DNA from: the human T2T-CHM13v2.0 reference genome, Homo sapiens
NCBI RefSeq assembly: GCF_009914755.1
Contig: NC_060925.1
Length of the DNA: 64,000 bases
Reading direction: 5' to 3' (one strand)
The position numbers were made by a program, and so were the translations under genes. The notes below the pieces were generated by a model. The model was not told where the DNA came from. It searched no databases and was given only the letters and a program-made list of their open reading frames with translations. Positions 24,513-43,174 of this stretch are shown piece after piece. Within the stretch, counting starts at the first letter, position 1, and each line of letters opens with the position of its first letter.

Positions 24513-27227
24513 TGGATATCACAGGATTCCATTCTTTGGTAAGATTCTGCAAAACTATTAATTTTGAAGGAACTATTTCTTTGCTTCAGGGTCAAAAGAG
24601 AATGAGCAAAGTGCCACTGGAAGGATACACATGTGGTCACAACTAAACCACGACCACTACTGTGTCATTGCACTGAAAAAAATATTTTAAAACTGGACCT
24701 ATAAAAGGTGAGTTACCATGTTTTACAGACGCTCTGGTAAATGGCTGTGTACATGGAGATTAAGGCCATTCTTTCCTTGGTGACCATGGAGTGGAATTGA
24801 GAGAGGGTTTTCCATTCATACAGATCTGGATTCAGGTCCAAGCTTGTACATTTTTTTAGCTAGGGGCCTTTGGGCAAAACTAATTCTAGCAAAATGTGGG
24901 GATGGTGTAAAAGTGCCTATGGGCAAATTTATATTAAATAATGTATGTCCAGAAAGTGAGCAGATGAGATTAGTTCTGTCTTCCACTTTGACAAACACCT
25001 ATTCATCACTGGTATCTCCAGTGAGTGATCAAATATGAAAGCATGTCTATTCTGCATATAAAAGCTACACAAAAGCATCGCTAATCTGCCAGAAGCAGTG
25101 CTATTATAAGCAATACATAAAAATGTCCACTGATATCTCTCTCTCTTGTTCTCTCATTCCTTCCGCATGACCATTGTGCCTTTGTCAGATGTGTCACCTT
25201 GCAGAGAGCACAATTTATCCTACATTAGCCTTGTGGTGCTTACAATAATTAGAAGCACCCAATGTGTCAAATAGGTTGCAAGAGGATAAAATGTTCACAA
25301 CCTGAATGTTGTAACTGCAGTTCCAACCTACTTTTACAACAGAATCTCCCGAGCATTTTTCACCTAAGTCATGCCATGAAATTGTATTCTGCTACTGAGC
25401 ACTGTTTGGTTTCCAGGCAGCAGAGCTTTGTGCTTTTGTCTTCGTCCAGAGAGGATGCCACGCTGATGCACACACAACAGTAAGTGAGCTTTGCCTCTCC
25501 AGAGCGTTTCATGTGCGCAAAGCCCTTTACAGGCATGTCCGTAACTTCTTTTCTTGTAGAAAATATCAGGGCCATCTAATAAGGTTGTACAAATTGCCAG
25601 CCGATGGCCCCTGGTGCTTTGTGATCTTCTGCAAAACAAAGACCCCACCTTTGCCACTTAATAACAACACTGCGTTGCAGTGTCTCCTATTGTGAATAAA
25701 ATAAGATCTTCTGACCTTAAAAGGCAAGACATTAAGAAGAACAATCATTTTGGGTTTTTTTTTCCAATATGCATTTAAAGTGGCAGTTATCACACTATCT
25801 ATTTTCACTGCGGATCGAGTTTTCTAGTTTCTCATTGAAGCCTTCTTACTCTGCTCAAATATTTCCATTTATTGTGCAGGCTTTTATTTCCAAAGCAGAT
25901 AGAGTTTTCTGTCATTTCTGAGACATGAAAAGGATTTTTGCTTTTTTCCTTTGCAGTTGCTGTTTGAAGTAAAGGAATAAAATCACTGCATTATTTAGCA
26001 TTTGGATGGATACACATCAAGCCAAAGAACAGCCCCGTGCCTGTGGCTTCAGCCTGCTCCTGCCAAACAAGTGAGGGCAGTCAAAGCTTCCCTTCTTCCT
26101 TCTCTGTCCCCCAGCACCAGAACTAACTGCAGCAACGCCTTCACCCATGTCTTCCTGAGACTTCTACATTCTGGACTTCTTTCAATATGGAAAATTAAAT
26201 CCACGAAAGCTCAAGCACTTAACTGCATCTTCTCAGAACTTTTGAGCTCATTGCTGATGTCGGCATGAGAGCAGATCAAATATTCCCCACTCATTAAAGT
26301 CTTCAGGAAGCCTTGAATGCTGCTGAAGACGTCATGTTTTAATACAACAATCTATAGGCTTCTATGTGCCCACTGTTTATGATTTGCAAAGACATAAATC
26401 TAAAGCGACTTCCATTTCAGTATGGCCTGAGGTTTTCCCCGGACTTCGCAGAATTTAAATCCCTGCGTTGAAGGAATAAAATCAATCACATAAGTTTTAA
26501 CAGTGCTGACTTTCCCTGTCGAAATGTAAGGCGCTCATTGTTCTGCAGAGACAGTGTGGACAGAGGGTCAGAGAAACCAAGCTTCTCAAGGGCAAGAAGA
26601 GCTACCTCAAGTGCTTGCCTGGTCCACAAAGAACTTGATGATCAAACAAGGTCATCAAGAACCTCAGTATATGAGCTCCATGACGGCAGAACTGCTGCAG
26701 GGCGGAGTCCAGTGGAGGGGGAATTGGGGTGCTGGGGCAGAAGAAGCCTCTGCCCATTATGCCTCTACCTTGAGCAAAAATGAATCTTTCAGGTGCTCCA
26801 TAAGAAATCAATCACTACACTGATCAGAAACCATCGTGGCATGGAATTTTCAATCATTCCTTCCTGTAATTCTTCTTTTAAGTGTAAGAACTCTTTTTGC
26901 AAACGATTTTATGTGGCTTCTTTTGCAGAGCTTACTCCATGATCTAGCCCTGGCAGAGTCTCCAACAGTCTCTGGTTTGCTCTTCCAGAGTCAGTCTTCA
27001 GTCCAGCGTCAGTTTTTCTGAAGGAATCACAGGATAGGACCAGAAGGCACTGTGGGAGAAAGGAATTTCTGAACTGTGTTTTCCATGGGAGAGCCAGAGG
27101 AAGACAAGTTAGGGTCTAGAAACCTGCAGTCTCCACAGCTCAGAGAAGGAGAGAAGCGTGGCTGTATCTGGGCAGGTCAGGGGCATCAGGCGCATGTGAC
27201 TAGAGGAGGTAGTAAAGGAGGAGGTGT

Positions 27228-27525
27228 GGCTGGGTGCAGTGGCTCACGCCTGTAACTCTAGCACTTTGGGATGCCAAGGCGGGTGGATCACCTGAGGTCA
27301 AAAGTTTGAGACCAGCCTGGCCAACATGGTGAAACCCCATCTCTACCAAAAACACAAAAATAAGCCAGGCATGGTGACACACACATGTAATCCCAGCTTC
27401 TTGGGAGGCTGAGGCAGGAGAATCACTTGAACACAGGAGGCAGAGATTGCAGTGAGTCGAGATCATGCCACTGCACTGCAGCCTGGACAACAGAGTGAGA
27501 CTCTGTCTCAAACAAACAAACAAAC
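27228..27525 (+). mobile_element. AluSx-like with (AAAC)n tail
   Basis: Full dimer; TSD ggaggagg. Confidence 0.95.
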
Positions 27526-27565
27526 GGAGGAGGGGGAATGGACACGTTATGTGTTGTTCTCATTT

Positions 27566-27714
27566 ATGGCTGCCAGATTTAGCAGAAGGAGGAGGAGGAG
27601 GAATAGGGAAAAGAAAAAACAAAGGACATCATGGGACACACCCGTACTAGAAAATTATTCATTGTCTGAAATCCAAATTCAGCTGGGCATCCTATATTTT
27701 GCCTGACCACCCTA
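27566..27714. mobile_element. MER53 fragment
   Basis: gccagatttagca..aaattcagctgggcatcctatatttt..accct. Confidence 0.7.
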
Positions 27715-27986
27715 TTACCGACTCCTCCCTCTCTTGGCCTTCCCACCGGTACAGCTCCACCATTATTCATTTCATAAATCGTGGTCTACATAAAATTGTT
27801 TTAAAACAAGCTTCTGGTGCTTTAGAAAGTAAAAAGGATGGAATAGTTAAAAATTACTACTACACCACAGCTAGTAGATTTTATCACTGCAAGAAGGACA
27901 AGAGGGTGTGCACGTGCTGTAACTTCATGATAAGCAATTTTAAAATTTATTTGATTATCATTGGATGCATTCCAAGGGAAGCGGCA

Positions 27987-28406
27987 TGTGGTCGATGGAA
28001 TTTTTCACTCCAATTCTTTGCCCTTTCTACTATCCATACATTTTGTCCTGTGGCTTTTGCAGTTCCTCCCACTATAGGCAGAATTTGGCTAATCTTTGGG
28101 TTTAGCCACATGTCTGCTTTGGCCAGTGGGGTATGATATAATGCACTGGCATGATTAGGCTTGTCCTCTTGCACCCTGACATTAACGTGAGAAGAACATG
28201 CCTTGCAGAGTTGCCTACTTGACTCAGAAAAATAAGATGCTTGAAACAGATCTAAATTGAACTCAAGGCCTGCAGCCAAATCTAGCTGAGCCCAGACAAG
28301 CTGACTCATATATACACAAGCCAGAAATAAATGCTTTCATTGTATGGTCCAGACTTTGGGGGTGGTTTGTTATGCAGCATTACTGTGGTAAACACTGACT
28401 GATACA
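27987..28406 (+). mobile_element. MLT1 (I/J-like) MaLR LTR
   Basis: TGTGG start; aataaatgc..gtttgttatgcagca..tgactgataca end. Confidence 0.8.
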
Positions 28407-29960
28407 CACCACCTCATCACTCTCAGGGTATCTATCTAGGCTGCCAGTTCCTTCACGAGCCCACATTCACACTAGCATGCATGACACAGACTTTTCCATT
28501 TAGGAAGGATATTTTTAGCAAAAAGTTTAGCAACAATGAATTCTCAGAATTTCCCAAGATTCATAGAGAAGGCACCCACTAAATGAAAATTACCATCCAG
28601 ATTGCTAATGAGATTATCACTAATCTTCCTCAATTTAAAAACTAAATGTTCTTTCCAGGATTTTTAAAAAGCATTTCAAAGATGGAAATGAGGAACTAGC
28701 CACCATGAGAAATTATAAAATTGAACAGCTGTGCAGGCAACTCATTTATTAGAGTCAACATTTAACCAGGCAGGAGCTGGTGATTGTTATTTCCCCTTCA
28801 ATGTATTCAGGATGTATGTTTCATTAAACTTGATATTTACAGGAAAAATCCAGTATGTAACAGATGGGAAACTTGGAGAAAATTTTTTTTTTTATTTTAG
28901 TCAGTGGTGTTCTCCAGAGATGCCTGCCACTACACCTCCTCCTTCAAGCCCCTTCCTTGAAAAATGTGTCAAAACCCTAATTTCTATGTTGTTTGCCTCC
29001 TACAACACCTTTCAATGCATTAAAGCCCAATATTTGTACTCATATTTCCAAGCACTATTAGAAGGATTGGAATTCTTCAAAATTCACACAGTAAACTGCA
29101 TTATGTGATTGACCCACATATAGAAACCAAAATAAACTCTTCAATGGGACCTTTGTGCTAGAGATTACATCAGGAACTACAATCAAATGGCCACAGCAAA
29201 TGAGACAACTTGGTATTTTTTTTTAACAGGAACCGTAAAAATTACTCACTGAGAAAGAACATCAAGTTAAATCAAGCAAAAACACAGTGCGGTTCCAAAA
29301 ATACAATGGCGTTTTCAGGAATTAGTGTACAGGAGCTTAACGTCTTGCTAACACACGATAACACTCAGCTTCAGCTACAGTGTCAAGCTAGGGATGGTAG
29401 GTTATTGAATTAGGACACTGCTTGTCAAATAGTTTTACCAAAAATATATTTTCAAGCCAAGAGGAAATGACCTTAACAGGTCTAGAGTCAGTTTAGACTA
29501 AAATGGCTTACTGCAATTTAAGTGTTCTGTCTTCAAAATTCACAATTTTTGCACTCTATTTCATAATATATCCATGTTGCTTCACACGATAATAGTATTT
29601 TCAATTACCAGTAGGGAAAACAAGCAAGTTTCCTCAAGGCTCATTGGTTAGTAGCAAAACATTGTGAGATACTGGATCAATCGAACTTGGGCAATGGGGC
29701 TGCATTCAAGAGCCCGACGTCTGCATAACGGTAAAAATACCTCTGACTTGAGGTCAAAAGGTTTTGAGAATTTGGCACAAGTCACAGCAGTTTCTTCACT
29801 CCTTTAAAAGCCCCTTAGAATGAAGACTTAATAACAGGTTGGGTCTGATAGGCTGTGAGCATTCATTCCTTCACCCACTCTCCTTGACACCCCCAGAGTT
29901 CAACCTAGGGAGAGTACCCTTGCAATGCACAGCTCATTGGGACTTTAAAGATGAAGTTCT

Positions 29961-30259
<299 letters not shown>

Positions 30260-30624
30260 AAAGATGAAGCTCTGACTTGAAGAGTTGCATGATGAGGTGA
30301 GAGTAAATAGGGGTGATAACTGGGTTTTGGTGCATGTGGCTTTCACCCCTAGAGATTCCTCTCCTTAAACTAACCTGAGATAGCACAAACTTACACATTA
30401 GGGCTAATCCTGAGTTCTTTCCTGGCATTACATCTAGCAAAATATGCATATGGGGAATAGGATGAAGACTTCAAAAAATAAAAAGTAAAATGAATCCATA
30501 AAAATTCCCAATTAAAAGTCTAGACAATTTCTTCAAACCAAGGGGAAGGAGGGACACCAAGGGACATGAGAGCATGCCAATATTTAAAAGGTTAAAGCTA
30601 CAGAGACCAATTTTTTTCCCTCAT

Positions 30625-33158
30625 GATTTTTTGAGATATAGTTAACATACCATAGAAGTCACTTCATGAAAGTGTATAATTCAGTAGTGTTTAGCATATT
30701 CAGAAATTTTACAACAATCACCACGATCTAATTCCAGAACGTTTTCATCATCCCCAAAACCTGTATCATCAGCAGCCACTCCCTGTTTTCCCCTCTCCAA
30801 GTCCCTGACAACCACTAATCTACTTTCTGTTTAGGAGTTTCCCATTCTGGACATTTTACATGAATAGAATCATACAGTATGTGGCCTTTTGTGTCTGGCT
30901 TCTTTCACTTAGCCTTACGTTTTCAAGGTTCATTCGTCTTACAGCATATATTAGTACCACATTCCTTTTTATAGCTGAGTAATATTCCACTGTATAGACC
31001 TACTACATTTTGTTTGCCATTCATCTGTTGATGAAAATTTGGGTTGTCCCCACTTTTTGACTATTATGAATAATGATGCTTTGAATGTCGGTGTACAGGT
31101 TTTTGTGTGGAGATGTTTTCAATTCTCTTGGCTATATACCTAGGAATGAAATTGCTGGGTCATTTGGTAACTGTAACTTTTTGAGGACCTGCCAAACTGT
31201 TTTCTACAGTGGCTGAATCATTTTACACTCCCACCAACAACGTATAAAGGTTCCAATTTCTTTACATCCTCACCAACACTTCTCATTGTCAGACTTTTTA
31301 AATTTCAGCCATCATAGTGAGTGTGAGGTGAAACTCATTGGGGTTTTGATCTGCATCTCTCTAATGACTAATGATATCGAACATTTTTTATGTGCTAATC
31401 AGCTATTTTTATGCCTTCGTTGGAGAAATATCTATTCAAATCCTTTGCCCATACTTTAATTGGGTTCTTTGTCTTTTTATCTATGAGTTGTAAGAGTTTT
31501 TATATAAACTGTATACTAAACTCCTGTCAGATATATGATTTTCAAATATTTTCTCCCATTCTGTAGAAAATCTTTTCAATTTCTCAATAGTATCTTTGGA
31601 AGTACAAAAAGTACTTAATTTTGATGTTCAATTTAACTATTTTTTTCTCTGTTTGCTTGTACAATTCATGTCATATTCAAGAAACTGTTGCCCAATCCAA
31701 GGTCACAAATATTTACACATTTTTTTCTTCTAATGTTTTTATAGTTTTAGCTCTTATATTTAGTTTTTGATCTGATATAAGTCAGCTTTCTATATGGTGT
31801 TAATACACTCATTCTTTAAATGTGGTGATCCAATTGCCCCAACACCATTTGTTGAAAAAACTATTGCTTCCCCAATTGTCTTGGTGTGTTTGTTGATAAT
31901 TAATTATCCATAGATAAATAGGTTTATTCCTGAATTCTAAATTCTACTGCATTGATCTATATGTCTATCTTTATACCAGATAATCAAATAGCCTTAATTA
32001 CTGTAGCTTTGTATTACGTTATGATATCAGGAAGTGTGAGTTTTCCAACTTTGTTTTTCTTCTCCAATATTGTTTTGGCTTCTTTTCCAAGAGATTGCTG
32101 GATTCTTTACATTTTCATGTGATTTTTAGGATCAGCTTGTCAATTTCTGCAAAAAAAAAAAAAAAGACAGCTAAGATTTTGATAGGAATTATGTTCAATC
32201 TATAATTCAATTTGAGGAACTTTCCATTTTTCATAATATTAAGTCTTTCAATCCATAAACATGAGATGTCTTTCCATTTGTTTAGGTCTTCTTTAACTTC
32301 TTTTCTTCATGTTTTGTATCTAGTGTTTAAATATTTCTATTTTTTGCTAAATTTATTCCTGTGTATTTTATTATTTTGATACTATTATACAAGGAATTAT
32401 TTTCTAATTTCATTTTTTGATTATTTATTTCTAGTATATACAAATAGAATTGACTTTTATATATTAAACTTGAATCCCTGCAACTTTGCTGAACTTATAT
32501 GAATAGTTTTTAGTGGATTCTTTAGGATTTTCTATATACGAGATCATGTCTTCTGCAAATACAGATTTACTTATTTCTTTCCAATTTTGAAGTCTTTTAT
32601 TTCATTTTATTGCCAAAATGTGCTTGTTAGAACCTCTGTTAAGATGTGCACTAGAAGTGGCAATAATAAACATCCTTGTCTTATTCTTGATATTACAGGG
32701 AAAGTGGTCAGTTCTTCACCATTAAGTATGTTAGCAGCGAGTTCTTCACAGATACCCGCTATCAGGCAAGAAAGTTCCCTTCTATTCCTACTATTTTGAG
32801 AATTTTGATGTGAAAATGTATTGGACTTTGTCCCGTGCTTTTTCTGTGCCTATTGAGATGAGCATGTGGCTTTTGCCCTTTCTGCTATTAATATGATATA
32901 TTACAGGGATTGATTTTCAGATGTTGAAACAGCCTTGCATTGCTAGGATAAATTCCACTTGGTCATGGTGCATAATCAATTTTTTATATTGTTGGATTTA
33001 GTTTGTAAGTATTTTGTTGAGGATTTTTCATCTATGTACATAATGAATATTGGTCTCTTTCTTTTCTTGCGATGTCTTTGGTTTTGCTATCAGGGTAATA
33101 CTGGTCTCGTAGAATGATTTGGGATGTGTTCCTACCTCTCCTATTTTCTGGAAAAGTA
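30625..33158 (-). mobile_element. L1MB (7/8-like), 3' 2.5 kb
   Basis: Antisense L1MB 3'UTR and ORF2 motifs throughout. Confidence 0.9.
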
Positions 33159-34182
33159 GAAATCAATTTTTAAAAAGAAGATGGAGGTGATGTGTTTTCT
33201 GTATTTTTTTTTCTGCTAAGTACAACTAGAATTTTACAGCCAAAAAACCCAGAAGTTTCTGAGACAGTGAGGGATATCAGTACCAAAAGAACGGCAGAGT
33301 GGTGAGGAGTCCCTGGGTATCCTTTTTGCCTTACATAGCCCATATTTGGAGCTGAAAAGGCTGGAAACCTGAAAATGCCAATGGACACAGAAAAAATAGC
33401 CTCAACAAAAGCTTGTGCTCTTTTAAAAGCAGGAAAGGTGCAATATAGCAAGCCAAAAACCCTAGAGAGGATAACTGCTCTATTTCAGCTGAAACCACAG
33501 GAACAACTGGCCCTCTCCCTACCCATTCCAGCAAAGCTTGGGTGGGCAGCCTAGACTTCCACTCTTTTGAGGCTGTAAATAGACTCTCCAGTTCTCCCTC
33601 CAGGTGGTGTCAGAGGAGGCCCAGTATGCAGCCAAGACTTTCATCCTCTCCAGCTGGTAACAAAATCCCCCCTTATGGTGTCAGTGGAGACTGTGAGGAG
33701 CCTGGATTACCACCTAAGAGTCATGAGGTGATACCAGCCCCCACCTCCACTGGAGTGGTGTCAGAGAGGACCTAGTGGGAGGGTGGAACAACCATCCCAC
33801 CCTACAGAAACACTGAACACCACCCTTAGTGAATCAATGAAGCCTGAATGGGAATTGAACTTTTACCTGCATCTGTAGTCCCAAAGAAGTGCCCCTCCTT
33901 TCCTGGCCCCACCTAAAACAGAAAGCTTAAATAATATTTAGTTTTATAATACCCAAATATCCAGGTTTCAATGGAAAATCATTTATCACATCAAGGACCA
34001 GGAAGATCTCAACTAAATCTCAAAAGACCATCAATAGATGCCAACACCAAGATGACAGAAATGTGAGAATGATCTGACAAGGATTTTAAAGCCATCATCA
34101 TACAACTGCTTCAACCAGTGATTACAAGAATGCAACAAGCAAATGAAATATAAGATATAAACAAGAACCCATGGATATTTTA

Positions 34183-34637
<455 letters not shown>

Positions 34638-35605
34638 GAATAGAGCCCAAGTGACCTGTGGGACTACAGCAAAAGATCTGACATTTGTGTCAGCAGTGTC
34701 CAGCAAAGAGAGGAGATGGGGAGCAGGGCTGGAAAAGTGCTCTAAAAATAATGAAGAAATACTTCTCAAATGTGGCAAAAAAAATCACATTCCAGCAAAA
34801 TATGTTATAGGTATAGTGATATTATTCTAAAGCATATATTGAAAGGTTAAGGGAACTAAAATAGCTAAGACAATTTTGAAAAACAAGAAGAAAGTGAGAA
34901 TAAATAGTGTACCCAATTTCAAGTCTTATTAGATAGCTACATTAATTCAGGGTGTGGCGTTGGCAGAGGAATGGACACTTGTGTCAATGGAACTAAATAC
35001 AAAACCCAGAAATAAAGTCTTTCAATGGAAGGGAAGACAACCTTTTCAACAAACAGTGCTGGAGCATATGGACATTCATAAGTAAAGAAAATGAACCTTA
35101 ATCTAAACATCACAACTCATACAAAAAGTAACTCAAAATAGATGATGGACTGTAAAATGTAAAACTCTAAGACTTTTAGAAAAAATTCTATATGAGAAAG
35201 TATTCAGGATGTAAGGCTAGGCAAGGCATTCTTAGACTTGATATCAAAGAGCATGACCCCAAAAAAGAAAAAAATTGATAAATTATACTCCAGCAAAACT
35301 TTTGCTACACTAAAGATCTTGTTAAAAAGATAAAAAAGACAACTACACAAGGGAAGAAAACATTTCCAAATCACGTATCCAACAAAGGACTAATGTTGAG
35401 AATATCAAAAGAACTGTCAAACTGCTAGTAAAAACACAGACAATCCTAACAGGAAATGAGCAAAAGACATGAACAGACATTTTGCTGATAAGACTAAACA
35501 GATGGTAAATAAACATATAACAACACATTTAACATCAGTAACCATTAGGAAAATCAAACTAAAATTCCCATGAGATACTGCTACACACCTATCACAATAG
35601 ATAAA

Positions 35606-35740
35606 ATAAATAAAATGTTAATTTTATTTACATATTATAAATAAAATGTTAATTTTATTTACATATTATAAATAAAATGTTAATTTTATTTACATATTAT
35701 AAATAAAATGTTAATTTTATTTACATATTATAAATAAAAT
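35606..35740. repeat. 31-bp AT-rich minisatellite, 4.3 perfect copies
   Basis: Unit ATAAATAAAATGTTAATTTTATTTACATATT. Confidence 0.97.
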
Positions 35741-35893
35741 ATTACCAACATATTATCAATAAAATTTGCTATATATTATTTAGTAAAATAAATATTTACA
35801 ATATGCAAAATTTACAGCCAAAAATGCTGTCAAGGATGTGGAGAAACTACATATCATTCATTCATTGCTCACAGGAGTACAAAATGTTAGTCA

Positions 35894-36259
<366 letters not shown>

Positions 36260-36829
36260 CTATATGACCCAGCAATTGCACTCCTGAATATTTATCCCAG
36301 ACAAATGAAAACTTATGCTCACACAAAAGGCTGAAAACAAATGTTTACCACATCTTTATTCCTAATAGTGAAAAACTGGAGACAATCCAAATGTCTTTCA
36401 ATGGGTGACTAATTAAACAAACTGTAATACACACAAACTGTGGATACTCCTCAGCAATAAAAAGGAATGAAATATTGATAGATTCAATGATTTGAATGAA
36501 TGTCCAGAGAATTATAGATAACACTCTCAAAATGACAAAATCAAAACAATGGAATAAAGATTAGTGGTGGCCCGAGGTTAGGGTTGGGGGAAGGAGGTGG
36601 GAGAGTGGTAGATGTGGTTATAAAAGGGCAGCCTAAGGGATCCCTTTGGTGAGGGAAATGTTCTGTATTTTGACTGCATCAATGTCAAAATTCTGGTTGT
36701 GATATTGTAGCATAGTTTTACAAGATGTTATCATTGAGGGAAACTGGATAAAGAGTATCGGAGACCTCTCTGTTTTATGTCTTACATGTGAATCTTCAAT
36801 GATCTCAAACAAAAGCCTTAATTTTTTAG

Positions 36830-40270
<3,441 letters not shown>

Positions 40271-40280
40271 ATATATTTTC

Positions 40281-40708
<428 letters not shown>

Positions 40709-40799
40709 TTAAATATATATTTATTTAAATAAACAACATAAAAATGGTTTATGGGTAAATTAAAGATGATAATGTGACATGAAGCAGGCTGATGAGTCA

Positions 40800-41620
40800 T
40801 CAATATTACACTCCTGATGTCCATTTAGGAAAAATAAATTCTGACGAACACTTTCCTTTGACTAAGCCAGACTACATCTGTGCATTCCAGTCAGCTTTCA
40901 AAGACATTTCTGGTTTTCTGACGAATGTGTTTTTTAAAAATGAGAATTTTAAGCAATTTTTAAAGAAAAGTCATAATTTTGTATCCCGGCACCCCCAGTC
41001 AAACACATTGAGATAGTGACAAACTTCCTGAGGTGAGGTGTCTTGGTAAGAGATCTGGCGGCTGCTGGTCTTTTCCTGGGTGTGCTCACAGCCTTGGTGT
41101 AAGGTATTCCTCTTCTCAGCTTTGCCTTTCCAGATTTAGCTCCATCTGTGCACACGGTCATACTTTTTTTTTTGTTAACTGATACAGTGCCTGCTAAATA
41201 TCTCATAAATCTTGTTAAGAATGTCTTCACCAGTTATGTTGCCAAAAGTTCCTTTTAAGTTAGCGTCTTCACAGACAACATCATTATAAATATAACCTGA
41301 GATGAATAAAACAAGCATATTATTCATGCCCATGCCTCCAGCCATCTGTAATAGAAGGAACCAGGTCAACACCAGTCTCTCAACCAGCTGTTTAAATACG
41401 TCTGTTGAGCACGTATAAGTGCATCATATGAAAGGGTTCTTTAACAATTGTCTTCTTTCAGCATAGCAGCCATTTGAGACCCAATACAGATTCAAGATTT
41501 CATCCCATGGTCTCCTTTTAATGAGAAGAACCTAAAAGAGAATTGCTGTAACTAACCTTATATGAGGTTGGCTCAATATACTTTTGTAAGTTGTTTATTT
41601 AATGGTACTTCTCATTGTAT
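40800..41620 (-). mobile_element. hAT-Charlie (Buster-family) transposase relic
   Basis: SYKVSY, LSYDALIR, FLLLQM, YIYNDVVCED, TGEDILNKI, VCTDGA and VWLSQRKV motifs in order. Confidence 0.85.
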
Positions 41621-42961
41621 GGTCCTCATGGAGACTCGTCTCTTTTCAGTTTACAAGTATTTTATTCAAAATTAACAGTACTAATTTTTAAATTATGGGT
41701 GTTATGCAGCTAGTGATATAGGCTTTCTCATGTGTCTTAGTCTTTCACCAAAATTTAAAACAGCATTTTAAATAAGCATCAAAGTACATCCTCCATTTTG
41801 GCATCAACTGCCACCATGATGACTGATTTTGCAGGAGTGATTGAGAGGTGCTCCCATCTGCACTCTCTGGTGAGCCTCAGAGGCCCCTTTGATGACCTCT
41901 GATCTGGTCTGATCTTCAGCATTTCCTCTGGGTTCAAGTGAAGGCTTCCAACTCCCTGTTTTTAGCCATAACTTACTGTCCCCATTTGAAAACAGAATTT
42001 TGAATGTTATTTCCCTTTTAAAAGGTAAAGAATGACACTAATTTGTGAAGAAGGAAAAAAAAGCAAAATTTGCTGGAAAGAGGACATTATGATATTGGCA
42101 AAATCAGTGCAATAAGAAATAGATTGAAGTACAGTTGCAAGCTTGTCAACTAAACAGCTTATTATAGTCAAGGCAAGAGAGTTGGGCTGATTAAAGTTGG
42201 CCAATGGCTTTCTGGTCTAATTATATGCTTAAAAAGTCACTTGATTATGTGGTGAAAAGTGCATTCAACAACAACAACAACAAAAAAGCAAAAACCAAAC
42301 TCTACCTGTGCCAGCCTCCAGTGTCTGTGAATGCTGATACTGCAGTCCCTGTTCTGGCATGCCACACAGCAGCACACACCAGCCAAGCATCATTCATCCT
42401 CATACCCCTTTGGTTACCAGGAGGGTTAAGAGCACCAGATTTCCTAAGAATTCAAAACAACCAACATTTCCACTCATTCCTCATGAATTGTCTAACATGT
42501 ATAAGTTACCATCTTCTCAATTTACTTGCACATGTATGTTTCAAAATATCTTAATGTCATAAGAATTCAAATCTTCATTTCCCCAAATTGTCAGGTAAAA
42601 TTAATTTTCCAGGACTATATACCACATCTATCCTGGTACTTTTAGTTACGCTTGGGTGAACCAGTATGATATGTGCAAGATTAAAGAATCAGACTTATAG
42701 AACCACATATTCTTTCTAAAAAGCACCATGAAAAAAATGAATACAATGGAAATTTCCAAAGAAAAAATATTTTCAAAAGCTCTGTAAATCTGGAAGTTTA
42801 GATTTTAAAACAAGTGTAACTCACCTTATACCATGTATTATTTTTATAAATTTTAAATTTAATTTTGATAAATAAAATCAAATTTTGAATGTACTGGAAA
42901 GATCACTCTTTAAAACAATTAAATCCTTTGGCAAATCAAATCAATCACACAATACACTCAC

Positions 42962-43145
42962 TACATTAGTTATCTCTTTTGTATAATGATATTACCATAA
43001 TCCTAGGTGGCTTAGAACAAAACAATTTATCTCATGGTTTCTGTAGATCAGGAATCAGGACACTGCTTAGCTGCATCTCCTGTTGCAGGTCCCACAAGGC
43101 TGCAAGGAAGTTGTCACCAGGGCTCTGGTCTCATCAGAGAGTTGG
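42962..43145 (-). mobile_element. MLT1 LTR fragment
   Basis: ggtggcttagaacaa..ttctgtagatcaggaatc..cacaaggctgcaa. Confidence 0.7.
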
Positions 43146-43174
43146 ACAGAGGCTGGATCATGTAGCTATGTATC

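Noticed and set aside
24490-24620. Minus-strand FAESYQRMESCDIHWEKPYAR resembling calpain FVHS..EFWSALLEKAYAK
   Set aside because: EKPYAR coincides with the 5' end of a MIR, it is out of order (upstream of the N-terminal exon), and a collinear candidate exists at 15.3-15.4 kb. It shows that by-eye matches can be spurious.
35606-35740. 31-bp palindromic repeats as a CRISPR-like array
   Set aside because: No spacers, head-to-tail tandem arrangement, mammalian context, no cas genes.
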